Positions 1 through 7,275 of a stretch of DNA of 64,000 nt are shown here, in pieces. This DNA comes from Actinomycetota bacterium (lineage in GTDB: Bacteria; Actinomycetota; Rubrobacteria; Rubrobacterales; Rubrobacteraceae). Each line of letters starts with the position of its first letter. The stretch's first letter is position 1. Position numbers and translations under genes: made by a program. The notes under the pieces were generated by a model. It saw only the letters and a list, made by a program, of their open reading frames with translations. It did not search any database and was not told the origin of the DNA. The stretch covers positions 1,580 through 65,579 of the forward strand of contig SIRX01000021.1 in the NCBI GenBank assembly GCA_004563715.1. Reading direction: 5' to 3'.

Positions 1-2001
1 CCCGGTGAGCATCGTCTCCCAGCCGGTCGAGGCGACGGCGAGGACGCCGTGGTCGTCGCCCCCCACGCCGCCGTTCGCGGAGGGCTTCTCGCTCTCGGCC
101 TGCTTGAAGGCGTAGTAGATGGTCACGGGGTAGTCCGGGTTGGCCTTCTCGCGCATCCGGGCGAACGCTTCCCCAAGACCGCTCTCGAAGAACTCCTGCG
201 CCTTCTGCTTGCTGCCGCCGAAGCGGTAGGGCGTGGCGACTAGCTCCGCCGACTTGGGGACGAGCATCGTACCGAAGACCTCCGGGTAGACGCCGCCGAG
301 CGAACGCCGCAGCCAGACGTAGAAGAAGTCCGAGAGGTCGGCGTAGCCAATGTTATCGTAGTAGGGCGGGTCGGTCGAGATGACCGGGCGCTCGACACTG
401 TTGATAGAGTCGGTTGCATCTTGTTGATGAGCTTCGCTAATGCCTATTGCGGGAGACTCTGCGATTACTTTGTAAATCCAGTCAACTCCACCCTGAAAAT
501 TACCCGTCGAATCGCTCAACGGATTCGTCTCCGTGAAGTCCCAGTTCATCGGGATCGCCTGTCGCGCAAAGGTGTTTCGGATCAAATCTCGTCCAGAATG
601 CCAACTGGTTATGCTTGAACTGTAGTCGCTTAACCGGTCCACCGCGAACGCCAGATACGTCGCTACGGCGTCGGCGTAGGCTGCGGCCCGCTCTTCTGGC
701 AGGTCGCTAGCGAGGGCGTCGTTGCGGGCGCGTTCCCGCGCCTCTCCCACGAGGTCCGAGAACGTCCCGAGCGCGACGAGCTGGCGCGGGGTGAACAGGT
801 CGGCGAAGGTGGTCAGACCGTACGGGAGGCACCAGAGGTTGCGCGGGTCGTTCGCAAGCTCCTGCTCCGGCCCCCACTCGGGCCTTGCCCCCTCCGCCGC
901 CGCGACGTGTTCCCCGGTTGCCTCCAGGTACTTCCGGCCGCGATGCCCCTCGGCGACGACGGTCATCAGTTGCTGGCCCATGCGTCCGGCCTTGCCCTCG
1001 GCCTTGATGTGGGCGTCGTCCGAGATCTGGTCGCACACCAGACACCGGAACTTCGCTCCGCGCCCGAGCTTCGGCGGGTCCGGCGGCGCGCCGCTCGTCT
1101 GCCCATTTTTCACCACGAACCGGACGCCTGGCCTCCCGTCTTCGGTATCCGAGCCGTCCACGACGACCGGCTCGACCCACGCCTTCTTGTCTTTCTTCTT
1201 GGAGAGCCAGAACGAGCGGACGAGCGGCATCGTCGCGCCGCAGGCCGGGTTCGGGCAGCGGACGGTGCGCGCCCAGAGCCAGGCTATGACGGTCAACCCC
1301 TTCCCTGGGGCCGCAGCCATCCTGGCCGCATCACTCCCTGCTTCTCCCGCGGGCTGAAAGCTCCCGTCCCCAGGGTCCTTCACGGTCGGGTAGAGGTGGC
1401 CGATGCGCTCCTTCGCCTTCTTGCGCATCCAGGCCCCGTAGAAGCGCACGTCCTCGGCCAGCCCCTGCGCCCCGCGCCAGGAGGAGAGGTCGGCGGTCTC
1501 GCGGGACTCCGGGTTGACGGGAGGGTCGTTGGCGAACTTCGGCGGCAGCTCGATGAGGGCCTTCGTGATCATGACCGCCACCGGGTTCAGGTCGCTGCCG
1601 TGCGCCTCCAGCCCGAGCCGCTGGGCCTCCAGCGGGATCGAACCACCCCCGCAGAACGGGTCCAGCACCGGCGGCGGCTCGCCCCCGGTGGAGCACAGGA
1701 TCTCTTTCCGCGCCCTCCCCAGCACGCTCTCGTCCGAGGAGTTCTCCCACTTCACCAGCTCCCGGATAATGTCGAAGAGCCGCTCGCGCTCCCTTTGCGC
1801 CTCGTCTTCGGACAGGTCGTTCGACGGGTCGTCCACCAGCGAGGCGAACAGGACGGCCCGGCAGGCGGCGAGGGGTCTTCTGGCCCACCACAAATGAAGC
1901 GTCGAGGGGTGGCCGTGGCGGATAGACTTCTCGCGGGCCGACTCGGCGTTGATCTCGTCCAAAGGCAGCGCCACCTCGATCAGCTTCTTGCGGTAGGTCA
2001 T
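1..2001 (-). CDS. DUF1156-type DNA methyltransferase (N6-adenine/N4-cytosine class), C-terminus cut off by the window edge
   Basis: I translated the frame by hand. It is open for 667 codons from ATG 1999-2001, preceded by RBS GGAGGAAGGG. The N-terminus is [47 protein letters not shown], a DUF1156 signature. SAM motif I is DPFCGGGSIPLEAQ and motif IV is VISTDPPYYDNIGYADLSDFFYVW. It is absent from the ORF track because it runs off nt 1. Confidence 0.85.
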   Translation of the reverse strand, partial: MTYRKKLIEVALPLDEINAESAREKSIRHGHPSTLHLWWARRPLAACRAVLFASLVDDPSNDLSEDEAQRERERLFDIIRELVKWENSSDESVLGRARKEILCSTGGEPPPVLDPFCGGGSIPLEAQRLGLEAHGSDLNPVAVMITKALIELPPKFANDPPVNPESRETADLSSWRGAQGLAEDVRFYGAWMRKKAKERIGHLYPTVKDPGDGSFQPAGEAGSDAARMAAAPGKGLTVIAWLWARTVRCPNPACGATMPLVRSFWLSKKKDKKAWVEPVVVDGSDTEDGRPGVRFVVKNGQTSGAPPDPPKLGRGAKFRCLVCDQISDDAHIKAEGKAGRMGQQLMTVVAEGHRGRKYLEATGEHVAAAEGARPEWGPEQELANDPRNLWCLPYGLTTFADLFTPRQLVALGTFSDLVGEARERARNDALASDLPEERAAAYADAVATYLAFAVDRLSDYSSSITSWHSGRDLIRNTFARQAIPMNWDFTETNPLSDSTGNFQGGVDWIYKVIAESPAIGISEAHQQDATDSINSVERPVISTDPPYYDNIGYADLSDFFYVWLRRSLGGVYPEVFGTMLVPKSAELVATPYRFGGSKQKAQEFFESGLGEAFARMREKANPDYPVTIYYAFKQAESEKPSANGGVGGDDHGVLAVASTGWETMLTG
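1896..2000. repeat. Direct repeat copy 1 (105 bp) = first 35 codons of the intact methyltransferase gene
   Basis: Matches 2650-2754 at 104 of 105 positions (a versus g in ggcggatAgac / ggcggatGgac). The flanks diverge immediately on both sides. Confidence 0.9.
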
Positions 2002-2059
2002 CCCTTCCTCCGTCCGGTCGTCCCTCTATGTTCTTCGTCTACGCGGCGCACGCTGTCAC

Positions 2060-2534
2060 CTACCAACGCACCGGCTTCGTCACGACACCGTAAACATCTT
2101 TCAACGCCGGCGGGAACTGGCTCACTCTTAACGCCCCGGCGCGGATCTGCTTCATAAAGTCCGCCTCCTGAGCCAATACCCGGGACGGTCTCTTCTGAGG
2201 GTTCAAGATACCCACGGTGAGACCCAACTTCCTCCTGACCACACTAATCGGCTCCAGCAGGTCCGAGTCGTTGGAGACGACGACCGCCACCTCGTAGTCC
2301 TTCCTGAAACCATCGTACAGCAGGTGGGTAGCGAGGTTCACGTCCGACCCCTTCTCCTCGGGGATCGCCCGGCCTCGCACGAACGCGGGCCGTGAAGTAG
2401 CGGATGCGGTTGATCGCATTGCCTTTCAACAACGCGCCGCAGAGCTTACTCAGGTCGAGCCACTTGTAAGGGGTGCCCTTCAAACAGCCATAGTAGAGGT
2501 TGAAACCATCAACATACACGTTGGTTCTCTTCAT
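2060..2534 (-). pseudogene. NYN/LabA-like (PIN-related) RNase domain gene, inactivated by an internal out-of-frame deletion
   Basis: The N-terminal part [31 protein letters not shown]...RIRYFTARV..PGDP lies in one frame (ORF 2244-2534). The C-terminal part ..IPEEKGSDVNLATHLLYDGFRKDYEVAVVVSNDSDLLEPI.. lies in another (ORF 2060-2419). The frames switch near 2360-2370. About 50 residues normally found between the GDP and EEKGSDV motifs are missing. Confidence 0.75.
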
Positions 2535-2552
2535 CTATCACCACGAAATGGC

Positions 2553-2582
2553 AAAAAGCTGGGGCCACCTCCCGGCGACCCC
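2553..2582 (-). terminator. Intrinsic-terminator-like hairpin plus U5 tract
   Basis: Minus strand reads GGGGTCGCC-GGGA-GGTGGCCCC (7 of 9 bp stem) followed by AGCTTTTTGCC. It lies between the HEPN stop and the NYN start. Confidence 0.45.
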
Positions 2583-2620
2583 GCATCCCGCCGCCGAAGC
2601 AGCGAGAGTGATCTACCAAT

Positions 2621-2649
2621 ATAATAAATGATAACCCGTTGCTCTTCAA
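2621..2649 (-). promoter_or_regulatory. Sigma-70-like promoter, TTGAAG-17 nt-TATTAT
   Basis: On the minus strand the -35 is at 2644-2649 and the -10 at 2621-2626, with an exact 17-nt spacer. This is the most AT-rich patch of the region. The -35 directly abuts repeat copy 2. Confidence 0.4.
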
Positions 2650-2754
2650 GAAGCGTCGAGGGGTGGCCGTGGCGGATGGACTTCTCGCGGGCCGACTCGG
2701 CGTTGATCTCGTCCAAAGGCAGCGCCACCTCGATCAGCTTCTTGCGGTAGGTCA
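2650..2754. repeat. Direct repeat copy 2 (105 bp) = orphan duplicate of the methyltransferase 5' end. This accounts for the 5' end of track ORF 2531-2755.
   Basis: Encodes [35 protein letters not shown] and then diverges into non-homologous sequence. It begins with TTG (2755-2753), which overlaps the HEPN stop as TTGA. Confidence 0.9.
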
Positions 2755-3171
2755 AGCGTTCTCCTCCGGTTCGTAGCCGTGGCGTTTCAGGTTTTCAAAG
2801 GTGGTTTCGTAAACGTCTCTGGCCTGCCTTACGGCCAGCGCCGCATCCTGGCGGGATGCTTCGACGAAGTCGCCGGGGTAGCGAGGTTCGACGGCCCAAC
2901 GACTGAGACGGACGAGATCCTCATCCGAAACGCCGATCTCAAACTCGTCGGAGAGCAAACGCCGCAGGGTAAAAAGGTCGTGGGTCTTGGAGAAGGGGGT
3001 CTGCAAGTAGACGAGCGCGGCCTTCAGGGCCTTCTCGGCACACTGCTGGGCGTGAAAACAAGCCGCCCGCGGAACTTGACCATGTTCCAGAATTAACTCC
3101 GCCGTGCCCAGGTCTTCCCGGGCGTAGCGAAGCCACCGCGGAACTTCGGGAGGGTCAGCGCGCTCGCTCAT
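2752..3171 (-). CDS. HEPN domain protein (toxin of a HEPN/MNT pair)
   Basis: 139 aa, with ..[41 protein letters not shown].., which is typical of HEPN proteins paired with minimal nucleotidyltransferases. It overlaps the upstream MNT gene by 17 nt. Confidence 0.8.
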   Translation of the reverse strand: MSERADPPEVPRWLRYAREDLGTAELILEHGQVPRAACFHAQQCAEKALKAALVYLQTPFSKTHDLFTLRRLLSDEFEIGVSDEDLVRLSRWAVEPRYPGDFVEASRQDAALAVRQARDVYETTFENLKRHGYEPEENA

Positions 3172-3538
3172 AAAGCACCTTTCCCTCTCGCAGAGCAGGG
3201 TAGAGTATCGTGCCCACCATGTTTCCCCGGCGTTCGATCTCTTCCGGGTCGGCGACTACCACGTCTATCGGAGCCGGCACCTCCGTCATGGCCAGACGCA
3301 CCTGCACCGCAAGCTCTCTCTTGTCCTCCCGCTCTACGCGGTCGAAGACAACCAGCAAGTCCAGGTCCGAGTCGTAGTTCGCCTCCCCACGTGCCACCGA
3401 CCCGAAAACGATCACCTTGAGCGGGTCGAATTGCTCTACGACCCGCTCCACGACCGCCGGTAGCCACTCTTCGACGGTCTTGCCCTCGTATAGAAAGAGT
3501 CCGGTCCTGTCTGTGCACGGGTTTCCCATGTCCCGCAT
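3155..3538 (-). CDS. Minimal nucleotidyltransferase (MNT, antitoxin partner of HEPN)
   Basis: Contains the pol-beta NTase motif VIVFGSVARGEANYDSDLDLLVVF. It sits directly upstream of HEPN in the canonical MNT-then-HEPN order. Confidence 0.8.
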   Translation of the reverse strand: MRDMGNPCTDRTGLFLYEGKTVEEWLPAVVERVVEQFDPLKVIVFGSVARGEANYDSDLDLLVVFDRVEREDKRELAVQVRLAMTEVPAPIDVVVADPEEIERRGNMVGTILYPALREGKVLYERAR

Positions 3539-3550
3539 TCTAGCGAAGGG

Positions 3551-6500
3551 CTAGGACGGAGGCTGAGACAGCTCCAGCAGCTTCTTGAGGTCGTGGTTCA
3601 CGCTGACCTCGGTGAAGCCGGGTTCTTTGTCGAAGGGGCTGCGGACGTAGCGCGGGTAGGCTGCATAGTCTCCGTCCACCTCGACGAGAGCGAGGATGAA
3701 GTCCTCGGGTTTGTTCAGGGCGGTGATGATCTCGTTTCGGGTCACCGTGACGGTCTGAGCGCCTTTCACCCTGCCTTTCACCTCGATCATCCGCAACCTG
3801 CCGGTCTCTTTATCTCTCGACTCGACATCGTAACCCCGGTTCTCTCTCGACACGTCCCGAGGGTCGTTGCCGAGGTCCAGCTCCGCCATGATGACGGCCT
3901 GCATGGCGAGGTTCTCGACCTTCTTGCGGGCTTCGGGGCTCGCGGCGAAGGTGTGAGGAGTTCCGGGCGCGGGGAGTTCCGCATCCGGTAACATTCCGGC
4001 GGGAATGACGAGCGCGGCCCCGACGATGTTGGGAGGGGCGGGAACGAGGTCTAGCTCACGGTCCAGCTCTTCCATCCGGCGCTCCAGCCGCCGGCTCAGG
4101 ACGTCGCGGCGGCGGGTGAAGTCGTTGATGGTTACGCGCACGTCGGGCCTGCGGCCCACCTCGTCCCACAGCTCCCCGAGCCGGCGGTCCCAGTACCCGA
4201 TCTCCGCCGTCAGGCGCTCGCGGACGAGCCCTCGCGCCTTCCCTACCTGCTCCTCGCGCCGCTCCCGCAGCTCTCGTAGATGCTCCCTGGCGAGGACCCC
4301 GGCGGCGTAGCTCCGCGCTTTCTCCGCCGCGCCTTTGGGCAGGTCCCCGACGTCTCGCAGGATATGCTTCTCCTCTTCGCGGATGGGTCGGTAGTCCAGG
4401 TGCGGGGCGAAGCCGGAGTTGCCGGCCTCTCCGGTGGCCGAGACCTCCACGAACTGCATCTTGCGCCCGGCGACGCGGTTTGCGTCGTCCTTACCTTTCC
4501 TGCCGTCGCGGATGGTGTGCTCCAGCAACGCCAGTACGCGGGGTTCCCTGCCGGTATCGGACTCGTCCACGAGCGCCGCACCCCGGACCAGGTTCCCGCC
4601 GCAGCGCTCCAGGACTAGCTGGCCGGCGGCGTCCACGACCGGGTGTCCAGGGTAGAAGAACACAGCCGGTGGTTTGCCCTTCACGCTACGCAAGGACTTC
4701 TCGAAGGTGATGCGTTCGTAAGCGCTTGCAATGCTGGAGCCGCCGGGTAGCCGCCGCGCCCGCTCGAAGATCACATCCGGCACCTTCCCGAGCTTGTAGC
4801 GACCCTTTTCGGGCTCGGTCGGCTTGCCCCCGAAGAGCCGCGCCGCTTCGAGGAAGAACGCGGCGACGAAGTGCGGCTGCAGGCGTTGGGCCGCCGCCCG
4901 CTCCATGTCCTCCCGTATCCTGCCGACGACGGACGGGTCCATCGCCTCGTGGGTGAGCGCCTGGTCCTCGACGATCTTCTTGAGGCGTTCCTGTTCCATC
5001 GCGAGGTCCAGTTTGTCGGTTACGCTCCGGCTTACCGACCCGCGCCCGCTCTCCCGGACGGCGGCCACGAGCAGCTCGCTCAACGACTGGTCCCGGAACA
5101 TCTCTCCGAGCACGTCGAACACCTTGCCGCCGAGGGCTTTGCGGGCGGCCTCCAGCTTCTCCAACAGGCGGCGGTAGACCTGTCCCTCGCGGGTGTCCTC
5201 CGCGACGAGGTTCCACACGTGGCACACCTCCGTCTGGCCGATCCGGTGTATGCGTCCGAAGCGCTGTTCCAGGCGGTTGGGGTTCCACGGCAGGTCGTAG
5301 TTGACCATCAGGGAGGCTCGTTGAAGGTTCACCCCCTCTCCGGCGGCGTCGGTGGCGAGGAGCAGGGCCGTGTCCGGGTCGTTCAGGAACTTCTCCTGGG
5401 CGGCCTTGCGCGCCTGGCGGTTCATGCCGCCCGTGATCTTTACGAGCCAGTCATCGCCCCGGAGCGCCTTCAGCTTCCGTTCCAGATAGCCGAGCGTGTC
5501 CTTGTGCTCGGTAAAGACGATCAGCTTCCGGGGAGACTCACCGTCCACAGAAGCGCGGCCGATTCCAAGATGGGGGTTCTGGAGCAGGTCGCGCAGTTGC
5601 GCCCACTTGCGGTCCCCGTGGCCGTTGCGCAGGACGCGGGCCTGCTCCTCCAGGGTCTTGAGGGTCACTATCTCCGCTTCGAGCTCCCGGATCGTGGTCG
5701 CGGCCGTGGCGAGATCCAGGACCTCTTCCTCGGTCTGCTCCACCTCGCCGGCGTCATCGAACTCCTGCACCTCGCGCCCGCCGATACCGAGCTGATCTTC
5801 GTAGTCTTCCACCCTCGACACGAGGGTTTCGAGTGAAGAGTCCCGCGCGACGCGCCCGAGCCTGCGGGCTTCTTTCAGCTTCTCTTCCAGCCTTTTGCGG
5901 CGGCGGACGAGGGAGAGGTAGATCGCCTCGGGCGAAGAAGCGAGCCGGCGCTGGAGGACCGTCAGGGCGAAGCCGACCGTGCGCTTGCGACCGTCGGCGG
6001 CCTGCTCCGCGCGGTTGAACTCCGTCCTTACATATTCCGTAACGTCCTCGTAGAGCCAGTGTTCCGCAGCCGAGAGCTTGAAGGGAACCATGTGGGCCAC
6101 CCGCGGCGGGAAGAGGTCGCTGCCATCGAACTTCTTCAGGTCCTCCTTGACCATGCGCCGCATCACGTCGTCCGTGTCCACTTTGTTCGCCCGGCCGCCC
6201 CGGAAGTACCGCTCGAAGCGGTCCGCGTCCAGCAGGCGCATAAAGAGCTGGAAGTCCTCCTCCTTGCCGTTGTGCGGCGTCGCCGTCATCAGCAGGAAGT
6301 GCCGCGTTGTCCCGGAGAGAAGCTCCCCGAGCTGGTAGCGTTTCGTCGGGGTGACCTCGCCCCCCGAGAAGGAGGCGCTCATCTTGTGCGCCTCGTCCGC
6401 CACGACCAGGTCCCACTCCGTCTGCCGAAGTGTCTCCTTCACCTCCTCATTGCGCGCGAGGTGGTCGAGGCGGCAGATCACGAACGGCTCCTCGGTAAAC

Positions 6501-7081
6501 GGGTCGCCCGTCATGGAGGACTCGACCTGTTCGCGGGCCACGATCCTGAACGGCAGCCCGAACTTCCCCCGAAGCTCGTCTTGCCACTGCTCCACCAGGC
6601 TCCCCGGGCACACGACCATGCACCGCTCCAAGTCTCCGCGGGCGATAAGTTCTTTGATGAGCAGACCCGCCATGATCGTCTTCCCGGCCCCCGGGTCATC
6701 CGCCAGCAGGAAGCGCAGCGGCTGGCGATTGAGCATCCGCTCGTAGACGGCGGAGATCTGGTGCGGGTAAGGGTCCACGAGCGAGGTATGCACGGCGAGC
6801 AGCGGGTCGAAGAGGTACGCCGAGCCTATCCTGCGGGCCTCCGCCGCCAGCCGGAACCGCGCCCCGTCGCCGTCAAAGCGCCACCCGCCGTCCTCCCGCA
6901 CGGCCTTCAGGTTCGGCTCGTCCGACCGGAAGAGCAGCCGCTCCCCGATGCGGCCGGAGGCGTCCTTGAAGATCACCTCCACCGTCCCGTCCCCGCCCGG
7001 CTCTACGCTCTTCAGCGTGACAGCCCCGCCGGAGGACAACCATTCGACGAGCATCCCTCTTCTCAACTCTTCAAGCTTCAT
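3551..7081 (-). CDS. SNF2/RapA-like superfamily-2 helicase with a C-terminal DUF3883 (PD-(D/E)xK-like) domain
   Basis: 1176 aa. Motif I is LLADDPGAGKTIMAG, motif II is VVADEAHKM, and further motifs are LLMTATPHNG and the helicase-C motif NYDLPWNPNRLEQRFGRIHRIGQ. The C-terminus has RGYDVESRDKETGRLRMIEVKGR..VTVTRNEI, which is DUF3883-like. Confidence 0.85.
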   Translation of the reverse strand: MKLEELRRGMLVEWLSSGGAVTLKSVEPGGDGTVEVIFKDASGRIGERLLFRSDEPNLKAVREDGGWRFDGDGARFRLAAEARRIGSAYLFDPLLAVHTSLVDPYPHQISAVYERMLNRQPLRFLLADDPGAGKTIMAGLLIKELIARGDLERCMVVCPGSLVEQWQDELRGKFGLPFRIVAREQVESSMTGDPFTEEPFVICRLDHLARNEEVKETLRQTEWDLVVADEAHKMSASFSGGEVTPTKRYQLGELLSGTTRHFLLMTATPHNGKEEDFQLFMRLLDADRFERYFRGGRANKVDTDDVMRRMVKEDLKKFDGSDLFPPRVAHMVPFKLSAAEHWLYEDVTEYVRTEFNRAEQAADGRKRTVGFALTVLQRRLASSPEAIYLSLVRRRKRLEEKLKEARRLGRVARDSSLETLVSRVEDYEDQLGIGGREVQEFDDAGEVEQTEEEVLDLATAATTIRELEAEIVTLKTLEEQARVLRNGHGDRKWAQLRDLLQNPHLGIGRASVDGESPRKLIVFTEHKDTLGYLERKLKALRGDDWLVKITGGMNRQARKAAQEKFLNDPDTALLLATDAAGEGVNLQRASLMVNYDLPWNPNRLEQRFGRIHRIGQTEVCHVWNLVAEDTREGQVYRRLLEKLEAARKALGGKVFDVLGEMFRDQSLSELLVAAVRESGRGSVSRSVTDKLDLAMEQERLKKIVEDQALTHEAMDPSVVGRIREDMERAAAQRLQPHFVAAFFLEAARLFGGKPTEPEKGRYKLGKVPDVIFERARRLPGGSSIASAYERITFEKSLRSVKGKPPAVFFYPGHPVVDAAGQLVLERCGGNLVRGAALVDESDTGREPRVLALLEHTIRDGRKGKDDANRVAGRKMQFVEVSATGEAGNSGFAPHLDYRPIREEEKHILRDVGDLPKGAAEKARSYAAGVLAREHLRELRERREEQVGKARGLVRERLTAEIGYWDRRLGELWDEVGRRPDVRVTINDFTRRRDVLSRRLERRMEELDRELDLVPAPPNIVGAALVIPAGMLPDAELPAPGTPHTFAASPEARKKVENLAMQAVIMAELDLGNDPRDVSRENRGYDVESRDKETGRLRMIEVKGRVKGAQTVTVTRNEIITALNKPEDFILALVEVDGDYAAYPRYVRSPFDKEPGFTEVSVNHDLKKLLELSQPPS

Positions 7082-7275
7082 ATCTCTCAGCCTCTGACAG
7101 CGAAAGGATGAACCCCGTAAACATATGTTCGCACCTTCGGTGCCCGTAGATAAACCTGCTCAAGCTAACGGCCCTCCCTCAACCTTCGGGCGCGCATTCA
7201 CCATACCATGCCACAGGTCAACAGACCCGCCTCGATGAGTACCAGAGCCGAGATATACCGGTTACAAAGCCGCGA

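Noticed and set aside
907-2157. 416-aa plus-strand ORF (and the neighbouring ORFs 722-1357 + and 1331-1891 -) overlapping the methyltransferase region
   Set aside because: These are rich in Arg/Pro/Gly/Ala/Leu and low in complexity, with no recognisable motifs. They lie antisense or out of frame to a reading frame that carries clear DUF1156 and MTase motifs. This is the typical alternate-frame artefact of GC-rich DNA.
1896-2754. The 105-bp direct repeats as ends or target-site duplication of a mobile element (IS, MITE or integron cassette)
   Set aside because: No transposase, integrase, inverted terminal repeats or attC-like site is visible, and 105 bp is far longer than a TSD. Recombination between homologous methylase genes explains the repeats better, so I made no mobile_element call.
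2531-2755. 74-aa ORF as an independent gene
   Set aside because: Only its first 35 codons are meaningful, being the duplicate of the methyltransferase N-terminus. The remainder reads through the promoter and terminator region as non-homologous sequence. I treat it as a remnant of the duplication.
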